Notes: a model not told the origin generated them from the sequence alone. A stretch of 64,000 nt of DNA from Patescibacteria group bacterium UBA6017 (GCA_002429485.1 DIZX01000015.1:21363-85362); one strand, 5' to 3'. Positions 1 through 10,094 are shown, numbered from the stretch's first letter. A program made the numbers and translations.

Positions 1-38
1 CCGAAATTATACCATATACTGTACTTATGCTCTGCAGG

Positions 39-1472
39 CTATTTATGGATCCAAACGGGCGTACCGATGGTCGCCCAGTTATACACAAACTCAGCGGTAA
101 CATCGGGCAAATTCACGCACCCGTGTGACCCGCCGTAGTAGTAATCCTGACCCCCAAAATTACCGTTGCGCCAAGACGCATCGTGCAGTCCATATCCGGA
201 ATAAAACGGCATCCAATACTTCACCGGAACGTCATAATTGTACCCGTACTGATATCCCACCAGATGGGTATTGGTCGTTTTGTAATAAATGCTAAACAGC
301 CCTGTAACAGTGCCCAAACCGGCCCCGGTAGCCCCGGAAGTTATTGGCGATTCGTATATTACCGCATGATCTTGCCATACCCACAGGTGCTGCTTACTCA
401 GATTAACTTCAATGTAACGGCCCAGGTCTAAGGTGACCAAAGTCGTTGAAGTTGTGCGGAATGCCACCGGATGGGCCGTGACCGCAAGCGTCAGGGGAGT
501 CTGCTTATTCACGCTGTCGGTGATCGCGGCGGTCAGGGGATCCTGATCGATAGCCAAACCGTCCACACCAACCTGAGTCACCTTGCTGACGCCGTTCTCA
601 ATATTAACGGTTTGGTTAACCGGTGAAATATCGATCTTATTGGCCACGCTCTGTACGTAATTTTTCAACTTCGCAGTATTTACCTGCGGCACCAATTTAA
701 AGCCCGTCCCATCGGGCTGTTTATTAAATGCAATCCATTGGCCAATCTGAGAGGGGGTAGGAGTGTAGGTCTGGTCGGCGTAAGTCAACACGATCGGCAC
801 GGCCATCAGCCGCTTGGTTTCATCAATCGTTGGCGCCAACGCCGCCACCTGAATATCGGCTACTTGCTCGCGAGGCTTCAGCAAAAGCTTGGCGCCGCCC
901 GTAGTCCGCACGTCATCCTCAATCAACCGCTGCAAGCCGGCACGATCTATCGACCAGCCGCTTTTCTCGGGTATCGTCGACAAGGCACCGCCGGACACCA
1001 CCACACCGGCATCCACCGGGGGAGTGCCGATTTTGGTCGCCACGCTGGTTGCCAACGCATTCAACTGCGCCCGGTTCAGCCGGTAGGACAAATCCAGCGG
1101 CTCGTGATGCAGTGGGGGAAGCCAGCTGTCGCGGCCCGAAGCATACGCGCTGGCGAGAGTCGTTTCAACATCAAAGGTCGCGCCGACATCCGCCGCCGAC
1201 AATTCGTACTTCTCGCCGCCTACATCTAGGTGCAGGTGGTACGATGCCACGTCTTTTTGGATACTCGACCTTGCCTGCGCCAGCGTGAGACCGCCGAGAT
1301 TTTTCCCCGCCACCACCACGCCCGGAAGAATCCGATCGCCATACCAGGTCTGGACCGCCAAATGACTAGCCAGCCCGAAGAACCCCACGATGAGGCCTAG
1401 GGCTGCCACACGGGTCACCGATGTATAACCGGCGCTTCCATGAAGCTCAGGATCTAATCTCCGCCTCAGCAT
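39..1472 (-). CDS. Membrane-anchored L,D-transpeptidase (YkuD/ErfK catalytic domain) with YoaR/VanW-like N-terminal domains
   Basis: N-terminal TM helix. YoaR-like segment (ILPGVVVAGKNLGGLTLAQA). C-terminal L,D-transpeptidase motif GGSHGCVNLP with catalytic Cys. Confidence 0.7.
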   Translation of the reverse strand: MLRRRLDPELHGSAGYTSVTRVAALGLIVGFFGLASHLAVQTWYGDRILPGVVVAGKNLGGLTLAQARSSIQKDVASYHLHLDVGGEKYELSAADVGATFDVETTLASAYASGRDSWLPPLHHEPLDLSYRLNRAQLNALATSVATKIGTPPVDAGVVVSGGALSTIPEKSGWSIDRAGLQRLIEDDVRTTGGAKLLLKPREQVADIQVAALAPTIDETKRLMAVPIVLTYADQTYTPTPSQIGQWIAFNKQPDGTGFKLVPQVNTAKLKNYVQSVANKIDISPVNQTVNIENGVSKVTQVGVDGLAIDQDPLTAAITDSVNKQTPLTLAVTAHPVAFRTTSTTLVTLDLGRYIEVNLSKQHLWVWQDHAVIYESPITSGATGAGLGTVTGLFSIYYKTTNTHLVGYQYGYNYDVPVKYWMPFYSGYGLHDASWRNGNFGGQDYYYGGSHGCVNLPDVTAEFVYNWATIGTPVWIHK

Positions 1473-1524
1473 AAAAATAGTATACCGCTAATGCTCCACG
1501 AGAAACAACCCGAACCGACCAGCC

Positions 1525-4287
1525 TTAGCCCCTTACGGCAGCCCCAAGTTTGCGCCTCAATCGATTAATCACCGACTCTTCCAATGCAGCCGCCTCGGCC
1601 TCGGTCGGGGTCCGGTCGGGGAGTGTGAGCCTCAACCTTATCGTCAGGCTATTCATTCCCTGCGGCAATTCTTCCCCGTAATAATCACTCACAAACATCA
1701 CGTCCCAGTTTGCGGTTGCAGCCCGAATGTCTTCCCATGTCACGGCCAATGGCACCAGCATCGTCACGTCGCGCACCATTGTCGGAAAGGTACTCACCGG
1801 TACATACGCTCTCGTGATGCCGGCATTCATCAGGGGAGTCAGGTCCACCTCAAAATGCGCCACCTCTCCCTCGAATTTCATTGCCCGCACCAGCGCCGGA
1901 TGCAGTTGGCCGATTCCACCGATCTTGGTACCTGCCAGCCATATCTCACCGTACCGCCCAGGCGCATACTGAGCATCACTGGCCGGGCGAATCGTCAGTT
2001 CAACATTGAGTTCACGGGCAATAGCGTCAAGCATTCCCTTGGCCACGCGATAGCCCGCCTCAGGCTCAAGCACGGTCGCCCCGAGCCGCAATGGCTCATC
2101 GGGCTGATCACCCTTACCGCGTTTTACGAACACTCCCGATATCTCGTAAAACCGCATCGCCTTGGCATACATACGGTTTCGCTCCAGCGTCGCCATATGG
2201 CTCGGCAGCAAACTGCTACGCAGATATGCCTGCTCCGAAGACAGGGGGTTCTTGAGCTTCAAGTGATCCGCCGTATCCAACCCCAAACTTTTCAACTGAT
2301 CTGCCGACACAAACGAGTATGTCATCACCTCAAACGAACCGGCCGCCCACAAAATATCGCGCAAACGGCGGCGAACCGATCTGAGATGATCAAACTCTAT
2401 CCGGCGCGGACGCCACGAGGGGATAGTGGCCGGTATCTTGTCGTAACCAATCACGCGCACCACTTCTTCCGCCAAATCCTCAATCAATTTGAGGTCAGTA
2501 CGCCACCATGGCACCTCGGGAACACTTACGAAATCGCTCAAATCATTAGCAAACCGCCGCGCACCCAAAAATCCCGGATCTTCCGTAAATTTAGCCAGCT
2601 CGGCCTCAGCAACTTTGCCGGCGCTAGGGGAGGCGTGCACTACCTTACCATCACCCATATATATACCGACATGGCCGACTTTATGCGCCGGCTTAACTTC
2701 ATGACGCACATATGAACCGTCACCCGATCGCACGAAGTAATGATCTTGCACCACATCCTCGCGGTCGCCCTTGGTAAACAATGCGTCTCCGGGCTTCAGG
2801 TCGTCCAGCTCCACCGGACGGCCGATCTCGTACTGACCAAGCGCCGTAAAGCCGACCTGAAGGCCAATGAGCGAATATATGTAATCAACCAAATACGAGC
2901 AATCAAAGGCCGTCTCACGGTCAGTTTTGTACGAAGCTCCAAAGCGATATGGCCGACCAATAAGTTTGTGAGTTTCACCAACGATGTCAAACGTTGCCGC
3001 AGGAATTTCAAGTTTTGCCAACGCCGCTATGGTCTCTTTGTGCGAAATTCCAATGCCCAATAGCTTAGATAATTTGGCCACCGGCAGACCTATTCGAGTT
3101 ATCCAGGGCCATTCATTAAGCTGGTCGAAGGCTTCTACGAATTCACCCCCAGCCGCCTCCTCAAGGAGCTCAATAGCACGCGCCAGCCCGAGAGGGGGGA
3201 GTGTCACCGGCAGCCCACGCTCAAATCTTGCACTAGCTTCGGTGCGCAACCCGTGACGTTGAGCCATTTTTCGGATCGTCACCCCGTCAAATACGGCCGA
3301 TTCCAGTAGAATTTCGCGTGTTTCAGTCGACACTTCAGACGATTGGCCGCCCATCAGACCAGCTAGTGCGATAGGGCCGTGAGCGTCCGCAATGATCAGA
3401 TCAGCCTCAGTTAGAGTACGCTTAACTCCATCAAGCGTGACTAATCTTTCCCCTTTATGTGCGTGGCGAACATCTATAGGAAGCGTCACCTTGGCGGAGT
3501 CGAAAGCATGCAGCGGCTGACCAGTCTCCATCAAGACATAATTCGTAATATCCACCACCGAGCCGATCGTCCTCACCCCAGCGGCCCGCAACCTGGCCGA
3601 CATCCCGCGAGGGGAGTGGGTGGGCTGATTAACCTTTACCCGAGCCAAAGTATAGCGAGCCGCTGCTAATTTTTCTGCTAAAACGCCGGGCTTATCCAAA
3701 AACTTCACCGGCGGGGGAGCCAACGGTATCGATTTTGTCGAGGTCATAGCGGCCACTTCCCGCGCCAATCCTACAACACTCTGCACATCCCAACGATTCG
3801 CCGGGGTCTTGATATCTATTACCGTATCAGCCGGAAAAATCTCGCTCAAAGGGATTCCTAAGGGCGTATCATTTGACAATTCCATAATTCCGTTGTGATC
3901 TTGACCTAATTCAAGCTCAAATTCACTACAAAGCATTCCCTCACTCACCTCGCCCCGCAACTTCGCCTTCTCGATTCGATCTCCGCTGGGCAGGATAGCC
4001 CCAATCTGGGCGAGAGCCACTATCATACCCTCCCGCACGTTCGGCGCGCCGCACACAATCGCGTGCGAACCTTCCCCCGTCTGCACTTGCACCAATTTGA
4101 GTCTATCCGCTCCCGGATGCTGAACAACTTTTTTAACCAGTGCCGCCACGATCTTTTTATCAATCTCGTTTGACGACATTACTTGTTCAACTTCGATACC
4201 GGCTCGCTCCAGAGCCTCAACCACTTCACCATCCGTCAACATTGTGCGACGTAGGGCATCTTTGATCCAACCCGATGTGATCTTCAT
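1525..4287 (-). CDS. pheT: Phenylalanine--tRNA ligase beta subunit, carrying an inserted NlpC/P60 domain inside the B5 domain
   Basis: tRNA-binding domain (HPGADRLKLVQVQTGEG), B3/4 and B5 (VPWWRTDLKLIEDLAEEVVRVIGYDKIP), catalytic-like and C-terminal FDX-ACB regions. About 145 aa between B5 halves matches NlpC/P60 (FDCSYLVDYIY ... HVGIYMGDGKVVHASP). Immediately downstream of pheS. Confidence 0.9.
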   Translation of the reverse strand: MKITSGWIKDALRRTMLTDGEVVEALERAGIEVEQVMSSNEIDKKIVAALVKKVVQHPGADRLKLVQVQTGEGSHAIVCGAPNVREGMIVALAQIGAILPSGDRIEKAKLRGEVSEGMLCSEFELELGQDHNGIMELSNDTPLGIPLSEIFPADTVIDIKTPANRWDVQSVVGLAREVAAMTSTKSIPLAPPPVKFLDKPGVLAEKLAAARYTLARVKVNQPTHSPRGMSARLRAAGVRTIGSVVDITNYVLMETGQPLHAFDSAKVTLPIDVRHAHKGERLVTLDGVKRTLTEADLIIADAHGPIALAGLMGGQSSEVSTETREILLESAVFDGVTIRKMAQRHGLRTEASARFERGLPVTLPPLGLARAIELLEEAAGGEFVEAFDQLNEWPWITRIGLPVAKLSKLLGIGISHKETIAALAKLEIPAATFDIVGETHKLIGRPYRFGASYKTDRETAFDCSYLVDYIYSLIGLQVGFTALGQYEIGRPVELDDLKPGDALFTKGDREDVVQDHYFVRSGDGSYVRHEVKPAHKVGHVGIYMGDGKVVHASPSAGKVAEAELAKFTEDPGFLGARRFANDLSDFVSVPEVPWWRTDLKLIEDLAEEVVRVIGYDKIPATIPSWRPRRIEFDHLRSVRRRLRDILWAAGSFEVMTYSFVSADQLKSLGLDTADHLKLKNPLSSEQAYLRSSLLPSHMATLERNRMYAKAMRFYEISGVFVKRGKGDQPDEPLRLGATVLEPEAGYRVAKGMLDAIARELNVELTIRPASDAQYAPGRYGEIWLAGTKIGGIGQLHPALVRAMKFEGEVAHFEVDLTPLMNAGITRAYVPVSTFPTMVRDVTMLVPLAVTWEDIRAATANWDVMFVSDYYGEELPQGMNSLTIRLRLTLPDRTPTEAEAAALEESVINRLRRKLGAAVRG

Positions 4288-5316
4288 CTAAAACTGCTCC
4301 AGGAATTTGAAATTAGGCCGCCAAAACTCTCGCACGTCATCCACTCCGTATTTTATGGCTGCTAGTCTCTCCGGACCAAAACCAAATGCAAACCCACTAT
4401 AAATTTCCGGATCGATTCCGACGTTGCGCAAAACTTGCGGATGCACCATTCCGGCGCCGCCCAATTCAAGCCAGCCGGTGCCGCTGCACAAATGACAGAC
4501 TTTGCCGGCCAACTTACCAGAGCCCGCGCAAATCACGCATGTTGCATCCATTTCAACACTTGGTTCAGTGTAGGGGAAATAGTTGGAGCGCAAACGCACC
4601 TTGGTGTTCTCGCCCAATATCCCGCGCATCATCTGCTCGAGCGTGCCCTTGAGGTCACTGAGACTAATCCCTTGGTCAACCACCAGGCCTTCTATCTGAT
4701 AAAAGCTCCAGGAATGGCGCGCGTCCTCATCTTCATTGCGATATACCTTACCAGGCGCAACGATCCGGATAGGCAAGTCCCCTTTGTGCTCCTGCATATA
4801 GCGGATCTGGACCGCCGAAGTGTGCGTTCGGGGCAAATGCGCCTCTTCCAGATAGAAAGTGTCCTGCATATCGCGTGCCGGATGGTCCTTCCCTACCAGC
4901 AACGCCTCAAAATTGTGCCATTCCGTTTCTACCTCCGGACCCTCAGCCACCTGATAGCCCATCTGCCAAAACAGATCCACTAGCTCCTCCAACACCACGC
5001 TCACCGGATGACGGTGTCCCAGTCTCGGGGCCTCGCCTGGGGCTGTCACGTCCATTGGAGTAGACAAGGCCGATTCCACCTCTGCCCTGCTCAACTCCCC
5101 CTCTTTTGCGCTCAGCGCAGCCTCAATTTCTAACCGCAGCGCATTTGCTGCCTTGCCGGCCTCACCACGCTCAGATGGCGGCATCCCTCCAATCGCCTTC
5201 AGCGACTGAGTCACACTCCCCTTGCGTCCCAGATAAGCCACGCGCAAGTCCTCGAGCTCAGTCAGGCTCGAGGCATTCGCGATACTGGTCAACATTTCAG
5301 ATTTATCTACGGCCAC
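4288..5316 (-). CDS. pheS: Phenylalanine--tRNA ligase alpha subunit
   Basis: Class II aaRS core with FPFTEPS-like and GAGMVHPQVL motifs. Adjacent to pheT in canonical pheST order. Confidence 0.9.
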   Translation of the reverse strand: MAVDKSEMLTSIANASSLTELEDLRVAYLGRKGSVTQSLKAIGGMPPSERGEAGKAANALRLEIEAALSAKEGELSRAEVESALSTPMDVTAPGEAPRLGHRHPVSVVLEELVDLFWQMGYQVAEGPEVETEWHNFEALLVGKDHPARDMQDTFYLEEAHLPRTHTSAVQIRYMQEHKGDLPIRIVAPGKVYRNEDEDARHSWSFYQIEGLVVDQGISLSDLKGTLEQMMRGILGENTKVRLRSNYFPYTEPSVEMDATCVICAGSGKLAGKVCHLCSGTGWLELGGAGMVHPQVLRNVGIDPEIYSGFAFGFGPERLAAIKYGVDDVREFWRPNFKFLEQF

Positions 5317-5681
5317 CGTAACCTCACGTACACTTCGATAATTACCAAAAGTATTCCCAGTAGTATAGCATCAAGCACACCAAGTTGGCGCAGCGAGCTC
5401 AAACTAAGCAGCCCGACTACCCAAGTCGCCAGCAACATCCCCTGCCGCCATGAGTACCGCAGTCTGGCCGCGCCGGTGGCATGCAGATGCAAATACGTTT
5501 TTGTACCATAAAATAATAATGTAAAAAGGCTCGAAAAAGCCAAAAATAGCCCTACAAACCACATTGTCACCCCTAGCGGTCCAATCGCCAGCGGATTAGT
5601 AAAAATTAAGCTCAGCACCAATCCGGCCGCCGCCACAATCGAACCCACCGCTAGTGCAATCAACCATCCAAGAACCGTCAC
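5307..5681 (-). CDS. Small integral membrane protein (3-4 TM helices), unknown function
   Basis: Strongly hydrophobic 124-aa ORF overlapping the pheS start by 10 nt. Confidence 0.5.
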   Translation of the reverse strand: MTVLGWLIALAVGSIVAAAGLVLSLIFTNPLAIGPLGVTMWFVGLFLAFSSLFTLLFYGTKTYLHLHATGAARLRYSWRQGMLLATWVVGLLSLSSLRQLGVLDAILLGILLVIIEVYVRLRWP

Positions 5682-5750
5682 TGCGCAACACCACTCATGC
5701 TTATATCTCCCCTATTATCGCACCCCTACCGCGCTTACCGCAAACCAAAC

Positions 5751-5802
5751 AAAAAACCGCTCCAGTCGGGCGCCTCCCGGCGATGACATGAGCGGTTTTT
5801 TG
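5751..5802. terminator. Bidirectional intrinsic terminator-like hairpin (AAAAAACCGCTC...GAGCGGTTTTTT)
   Basis: 6-bp GC stem flanked by an A-run on one side and a T-run on the other. Sits at the edge of a ~740 bp ORF-free AT-rich spacer. Confidence 0.5.
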
Positions 5803-6539
5803 CAAAATAATTGCAGAGTTACGGGGCGAAATCTGAAGCATCCATTTGTGTGTAATTGACGCCAGTCGCCCCGTAAGTATTTCTACCCAAGGTGCGCATT
5901 GCGTGTATGTCCTTTTTTAAGGGATATATTGTTTTTGCGTTTTTGTTTTTGAGTAAAAATACGAGTTGTTTGGACTAGTCGACCGCAAATTTAATTGTGC
6001 TTTGCTTCGAACTGAGTCCGATTACTTCCTACCATCCCTTATGGGATAGCTGGAAGCAATCGGCTATGACAAGAATCATAACCGCTTGCTTCCAGCTTCC
6101 GTGAACTCTTAGTGTCGCCTTGGTTTGGACCCAAAGCAGGAGTTGTCGCTTTGGATAGTAGAACGAACCCTGGTTAGAAATAAGGGGGATACCTCTAACC
6201 GGGATTGGTCCTACCATCGCAGGTGCGGGAGGAAGTGAGAGAACTAAACTTTCAACGATCAACGAACTGTATATAACTTAGCACAAGCACTTTAGATTGT
6301 CAATAGTCTTATGCTACATTTAGGAAGATATGCAGTAAATACTTCTGCATAGGTATTATTCGTCATTCCCCTACTCAGATATATTGATCGAAAAATGCCC
6401 CTTGTTGCATTAAAAACAACGTTTATGCACAAATATTTTGGCCTTATTTCCGAGCAAAAAGCGCACTAGACCACATAATTATTTGCATATCAATATAAAT
6501 TTCTGGCAAAACCTACCTCGAAGCCTGTATACTAAGCCA

Positions 6540-7775
6540 ATGTTGAGCTCAACTACATCTCTATCGATCGAGAAACTCCAGCTGCTCACGCCGACGCAGG
6601 CCCACGACCTAGCCGCCGAGTATGGATCCCCCATTTTCGTTTATAGCGAGGCCGCTCTGCTCGCCAGCGCCCGCCGGGCCCTCGCCTTCCAGGCGCCCTT
6701 CGGACTCACCGTGCGTTACGCCATGAAAGCCAACCCTATCGCGCCGATATTGCGCCTATTCAATGATGCGGGCCTCCAGATTGACGCCAGCTCCGGCTAT
6801 GAAGCCCATCGCGCCATCCGCGCTGGTATTGCCGCAGATCACATTATGATCACCTCTCAGCAGCTCCCGGAAGACCTCACGGCACTCATCGACCAGGGAG
6901 TCCGCTTCAATGCCACCTCACTCCATCAGCTCACCAGCTACGGCCGCCAATTCCCCGGCAGCGAAGTGTCGGTGCGGCTCAATCCCGGCGTCGGCTCGGG
7001 CCACAGCCCCAAGACCAATACCGGCGGCCCCACCAGCAGCTTCGGCATCTGGCACGAGGACATACCCGAAGTCAAACGCCTGGCCGCCGCCCATCATCTA
7101 CGCATCACCAAAATTCACACGCACATCGGAGCCGGCACCGATCCAAAGGTGTGGCACGAAGCCGCGCGGCTCACGCTCAAATTAGTCGAACACTTTCCCG
7201 AAGTCACCACAATCAACCTCGGCGGCGGCTTCAAGGTAGCTCGAATGTCGGGCGAACAAGCTACCGATCTTCGGAGTGTCTCGGCCGTCATCGCCGAACT
7301 CCTCGCGCTGTTTGCCGCCCAAACCGGCCGCCAGCTCCATCTGGAGATCGAGCCCGGCACCTACCTGGTGGCCGGCGCCGGATCGCTCATCGGCCGAGTC
7401 ATGGATCAAACGTCCACGGGCGAAGCGGGCTTTAACTTTCTCAAGCTAAACCTCGGCCTCACCGAAATCATGCGCCCCAGTCTCTACGGGGCCCAGCATC
7501 CCATCATTGTTCTCAACGACACCCCTACAGACCCGCAGCCATACGTAGTAGTCGGCCACACCTGCGAATCCGGCGACCTCCTCACCCCCGAGCCCGGCCA
7601 GCCCGACGTACCCGCCACCAGACAGCTCCAACGAGCTTCCATCGGCGACTTGGTGGTCATCGAGGGCGTCGGCGCCTACTGTGCATCTATGAGCGCCAAA
7701 GGCTACAACTCATTCCCCGAAGCCGCTGAAGTTATACTACACGCGGACGGAAGTTCCGCCCTACAGCAGCCCTAA
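6540..7775 (+). CDS. lysA: Diaminopimelate decarboxylase-like PLP enzyme (Orn/DAP/Arg decarboxylase fold III)
   Basis: YAMKANP Lys-PLP motif, HTHIGAG, LGGGF and GHTCESGD motifs. ORF track starts at 6438 but the ATG at 6540 (MLSSTTSL) is the likely start. Confidence 0.7.
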   Translation: MLSSTTSLSIEKLQLLTPTQAHDLAAEYGSPIFVYSEAALLASARRALAFQAPFGLTVRYAMKANPIAPILRLFNDAGLQIDASSGYEAHRAIRAGIAADHIMITSQQLPEDLTALIDQGVRFNATSLHQLTSYGRQFPGSEVSVRLNPGVGSGHSPKTNTGGPTSSFGIWHEDIPEVKRLAAAHHLRITKIHTHIGAGTDPKVWHEAARLTLKLVEHFPEVTTINLGGGFKVARMSGEQATDLRSVSAVIAELLALFAAQTGRQLHLEIEPGTYLVAGAGSLIGRVMDQTSTGEAGFNFLKLNLGLTEIMRPSLYGAQHPIIVLNDTPTDPQPYVVVGHTCESGDLLTPEPGQPDVPATRQLQRASIGDLVVIEGVGAYCASMSAKGYNSFPEAAEVILHADGSSALQQP

Positions 7776-8753
7776 TACTTCTTTGACCTGTGCCAATTTG
7801 GCGTTGGCCAGTTCCGAGGCGCGCCACCAGCCATGCTCAAGAGCCTTGTCGATCTTATCGTTGCCCTCGTGCATCAATTGTTCGTGGACATGCTGCAATG
7901 GCTTTAAGCCGTGTACCACAACTTCAGCCAGTTCCTGCTTGAATCGCCCATAACCCGCCGTAGCATACTTCTCTTCTAGCTCAGTCACCGGCTTATCCGT
8001 CAGGACAGACATAATCACCAGCAGGTTCGACAGCGCCGGCTTATCGGCCCCCGAAGACACCACGCTGCCCGAATCTGTCACTGCCTTCAAAATCTTTTTC
8101 TCAATCGTTTTTTCGTCATCACTGAGCAAGATATTACCAGAATCATCAGTATCACTCTTGCTCATCTTGCGGGTAGGATCCTGCAGGTTCATGATCCTTG
8201 CTCCCACCTCCTGTACGGTAGGCTGCGGAATCTTAAAGGTTTCCCCGTGAATATTATTAAACCTCGTCGCAATATCACGCGTCAGCTCCACATGCTGCTT
8301 TTGGTCCTCGCCCGTAGGCACCTCGTCGGCGTCATACAGCAAAATATCAGCCGCCATCAATACTGGGTAGTCATAAAGACCAACCAATTGACCCTCCGCT
8401 GCCGATTTCGACGACTTATCCTTGAACTGCGTCATCCGGTTGAGCTCGCCCATAGTGACATAGTTATTCAAAATCCACATCAACTCAGCGTGCGCCGGAA
8501 CCTGCGACTGCATAAAGATGTAAGAATGATCATGGTCCACGCCCGAAGCGATCAGCCACGCCACCGCCGAGCGGCTATTGCGATGCAACGTTTCCGGGTC
8601 CGGCCGCACCGTTAGTGCGTGAAGGTTGGGCACAAAGAAAAAGTGCTCCCGATCTGGATCAGCGCTCATCTGGCCCCATCGCTTCATCGCTCCAATATAA
8701 TTGCCTAGGGTCAAATCTCCGGTGGGCTTTATGCCCGATACAACTCGCTTCAA
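7761..8753 (-). CDS. trpS: Tryptophan--tRNA ligase
   Basis: Class I aaRS with SGIKPTGDLTLGNYIG (HIGH-like) and KMSKS motifs. Length typical of TrpS. Confidence 0.9.
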   Translation of the reverse strand: MKRVVSGIKPTGDLTLGNYIGAMKRWGQMSADPDREHFFFVPNLHALTVRPDPETLHRNSRSAVAWLIASGVDHDHSYIFMQSQVPAHAELMWILNNYVTMGELNRMTQFKDKSSKSAAEGQLVGLYDYPVLMAADILLYDADEVPTGEDQKQHVELTRDIATRFNNIHGETFKIPQPTVQEVGARIMNLQDPTRKMSKSDTDDSGNILLSDDEKTIEKKILKAVTDSGSVVSSGADKPALSNLLVIMSVLTDKPVTELEEKYATAGYGRFKQELAEVVVHGLKPLQHVHEQLMHEGNDKIDKALEHGWWRASELANAKLAQVKEVLGLL

Positions 8754-8813
8754 AGTAATAACCTTTCTTTGTGTCTAACTATAACCGTTATGAGCTCGCC
8801 TAGCCACAATACG

Positions 8814-10094
8814 CTAGTCTTCCTTGTCTATAACCGCCCCAACCAACGCAGCCGGCTCCACCGGGGCACTTGCCGGCAGATCCTGGACCTTATCAAGTTT
8901 GCGCTCAATTGTCCTCGACTTGCTGGCTGCCGACTCGATCGTGTTACTCGCCTCTTGCAGCTTCTTGTGTGTCTTATCGAGCAAGTCGCCAAACTTACCA
9001 AACTCGTTCTTCACCGACCCCAGTATCTGCCACACCTCGCTCGAGCGCTTCTCGATCGCGAGCGTCCTAAAGCCCATCTGCAGGCTATTCAATAGTGCCG
9101 CCACCGTATTCGGGCCCGCCACCATCACGCGGTATTCGCGCTGCAACAACTCCTGCAACCCCGGCCGCTGCGTAATCTCGGCGTAAAGCCCTTCGGTCGG
9201 CAGATACAAAATCCCAAAATCCGTCGTCTCCGGCGGCGCAATGTATTTATCGCGAATATCTTTGGCCTCGCCCTTGATACGCATCACCAGATCTTTGCTA
9301 ACCGACTCGATCAAGGCCAAATCTCCCACCTCGCGCGCCGCCACCAGCCGCTGATAATCCTCCACCGGGAACTTAGCATCTATCGGCAGCCACAACGGCG
9401 TCTCTTCATCAGGACCATTCGGCAGCTTAATGGCAAACTCCACCCGCTCACCGCTGCGCTTCTTCACGGCTACGTTCTTCTCATACTGCGCCGGCGTCAT
9501 AATCTGATCCAGCAGACTCCCCAACTGCACCTCGCCCCAAGTCCCGCGCGTCTTCACGTTCGTCAGCACCTTTTTGAGATCACCCACGCCCGCCGCCAAC
9601 GTCTGCATCTCGCCCAGCCCCTTGTGGACCGACTCCAGCCGGTCACTCACCAGCTTAAATGATTCCCCCAGCCGCTTCTCGAGCGTGGCATGCAGCTTCT
9701 CGTCGACCGTAGCGCGCATCACTTCGAGCTTCTCATTGTTGTCCTTCTGCATCAGCTGCAGCCGGTTCTCAACCACCGCCCGCACCCGCTCCAGCTTCTC
9801 GTCATTGTTCTTCGACACCTGCTCCAGGCTCGAACGCTGCATATTGCCCAGTGCGTTCAAGCGCCGATCGAGCGAGTCCCCCACCGATTTCAACACGTCG
9901 GTCTGCTCGCGCCGGTTCATCCCCAAATCGTCCTTCAGCCGCTTCTCCACCCCGCCCAGCGCTTCACTAATATCTTTGCGCAATTGCGGATCGCCTCCCG
10001 AAGCACGCTTCACCGCCGCCAGCTGCATATATAACAGCAAAAACCCAACCGAAGTCACCGCCAACACCGCACAAAGTAGTAATAAAGTAATCAT
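8814..10094 (-). CDS. rmuC: DNA recombination protein RmuC
   Basis: N-terminal TM helix, long coiled coil, C-terminal RmuC nuclease-like region (VMVAGPNTVAALLNSLQMGF). Confidence 0.85.
   Translation of the reverse strand: MITLLLLCAVLAVTSVGFLLLYMQLAAVKRASGGDPQLRKDISEALGGVEKRLKDDLGMNRREQTDVLKSVGDSLDRRLNALGNMQRSSLEQVSKNNDEKLERVRAVVENRLQLMQKDNNEKLEVMRATVDEKLHATLEKRLGESFKLVSDRLESVHKGLGEMQTLAAGVGDLKKVLTNVKTRGTWGEVQLGSLLDQIMTPAQYEKNVAVKKRSGERVEFAIKLPNGPDEETPLWLPIDAKFPVEDYQRLVAAREVGDLALIESVSKDLVMRIKGEAKDIRDKYIAPPETTDFGILYLPTEGLYAEITQRPGLQELLQREYRVMVAGPNTVAALLNSLQMGFRTLAIEKRSSEVWQILGSVKNEFGKFGDLLDKTHKKLQEASNTIESAASKSRTIERKLDKVQDLPASAPVEPAALVGAVIDKED

Noticed and set aside
1855-2715. 286-aa and other plus-strand ORFs inside pheT and pheS, and similar antisense ORFs inside rmuC, the helicase and argS (for example 16220..16696, 9574..10161, 21225..21701)
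   Set aside because: Antisense to long, well-supported genes. High-GC genomes generate long spurious antisense ORFs. No SD or domain support.
4440-4520. CxxC...CxxC knuckle in PheS (CVICAGSGKLAGKVCHLCSGTGW) as an unusual insertion
   Set aside because: A four-Cys zinc knuckle at this position occurs in PheS of many Gram-positive bacteria. Not anomalous.
6029-6262. 77-aa minus-strand ORF inside the AT-rich spacer
   Set aside because: Covers the large perfect hairpin. No SD. More likely non-coding.
5800-6440. Lysine riboswitch, RNase P RNA or SRP RNA in the long spacer upstream of the lysA-like gene
   Set aside because: Hallmark motifs were not found on either strand: GCCGAAG/CUGUC for the L-box, GGAAAGUCCGG and GUAAGAGCGCACC for RNase P, GGAAGCAGCC for SRP. 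Only hairpins of unknown function remain.
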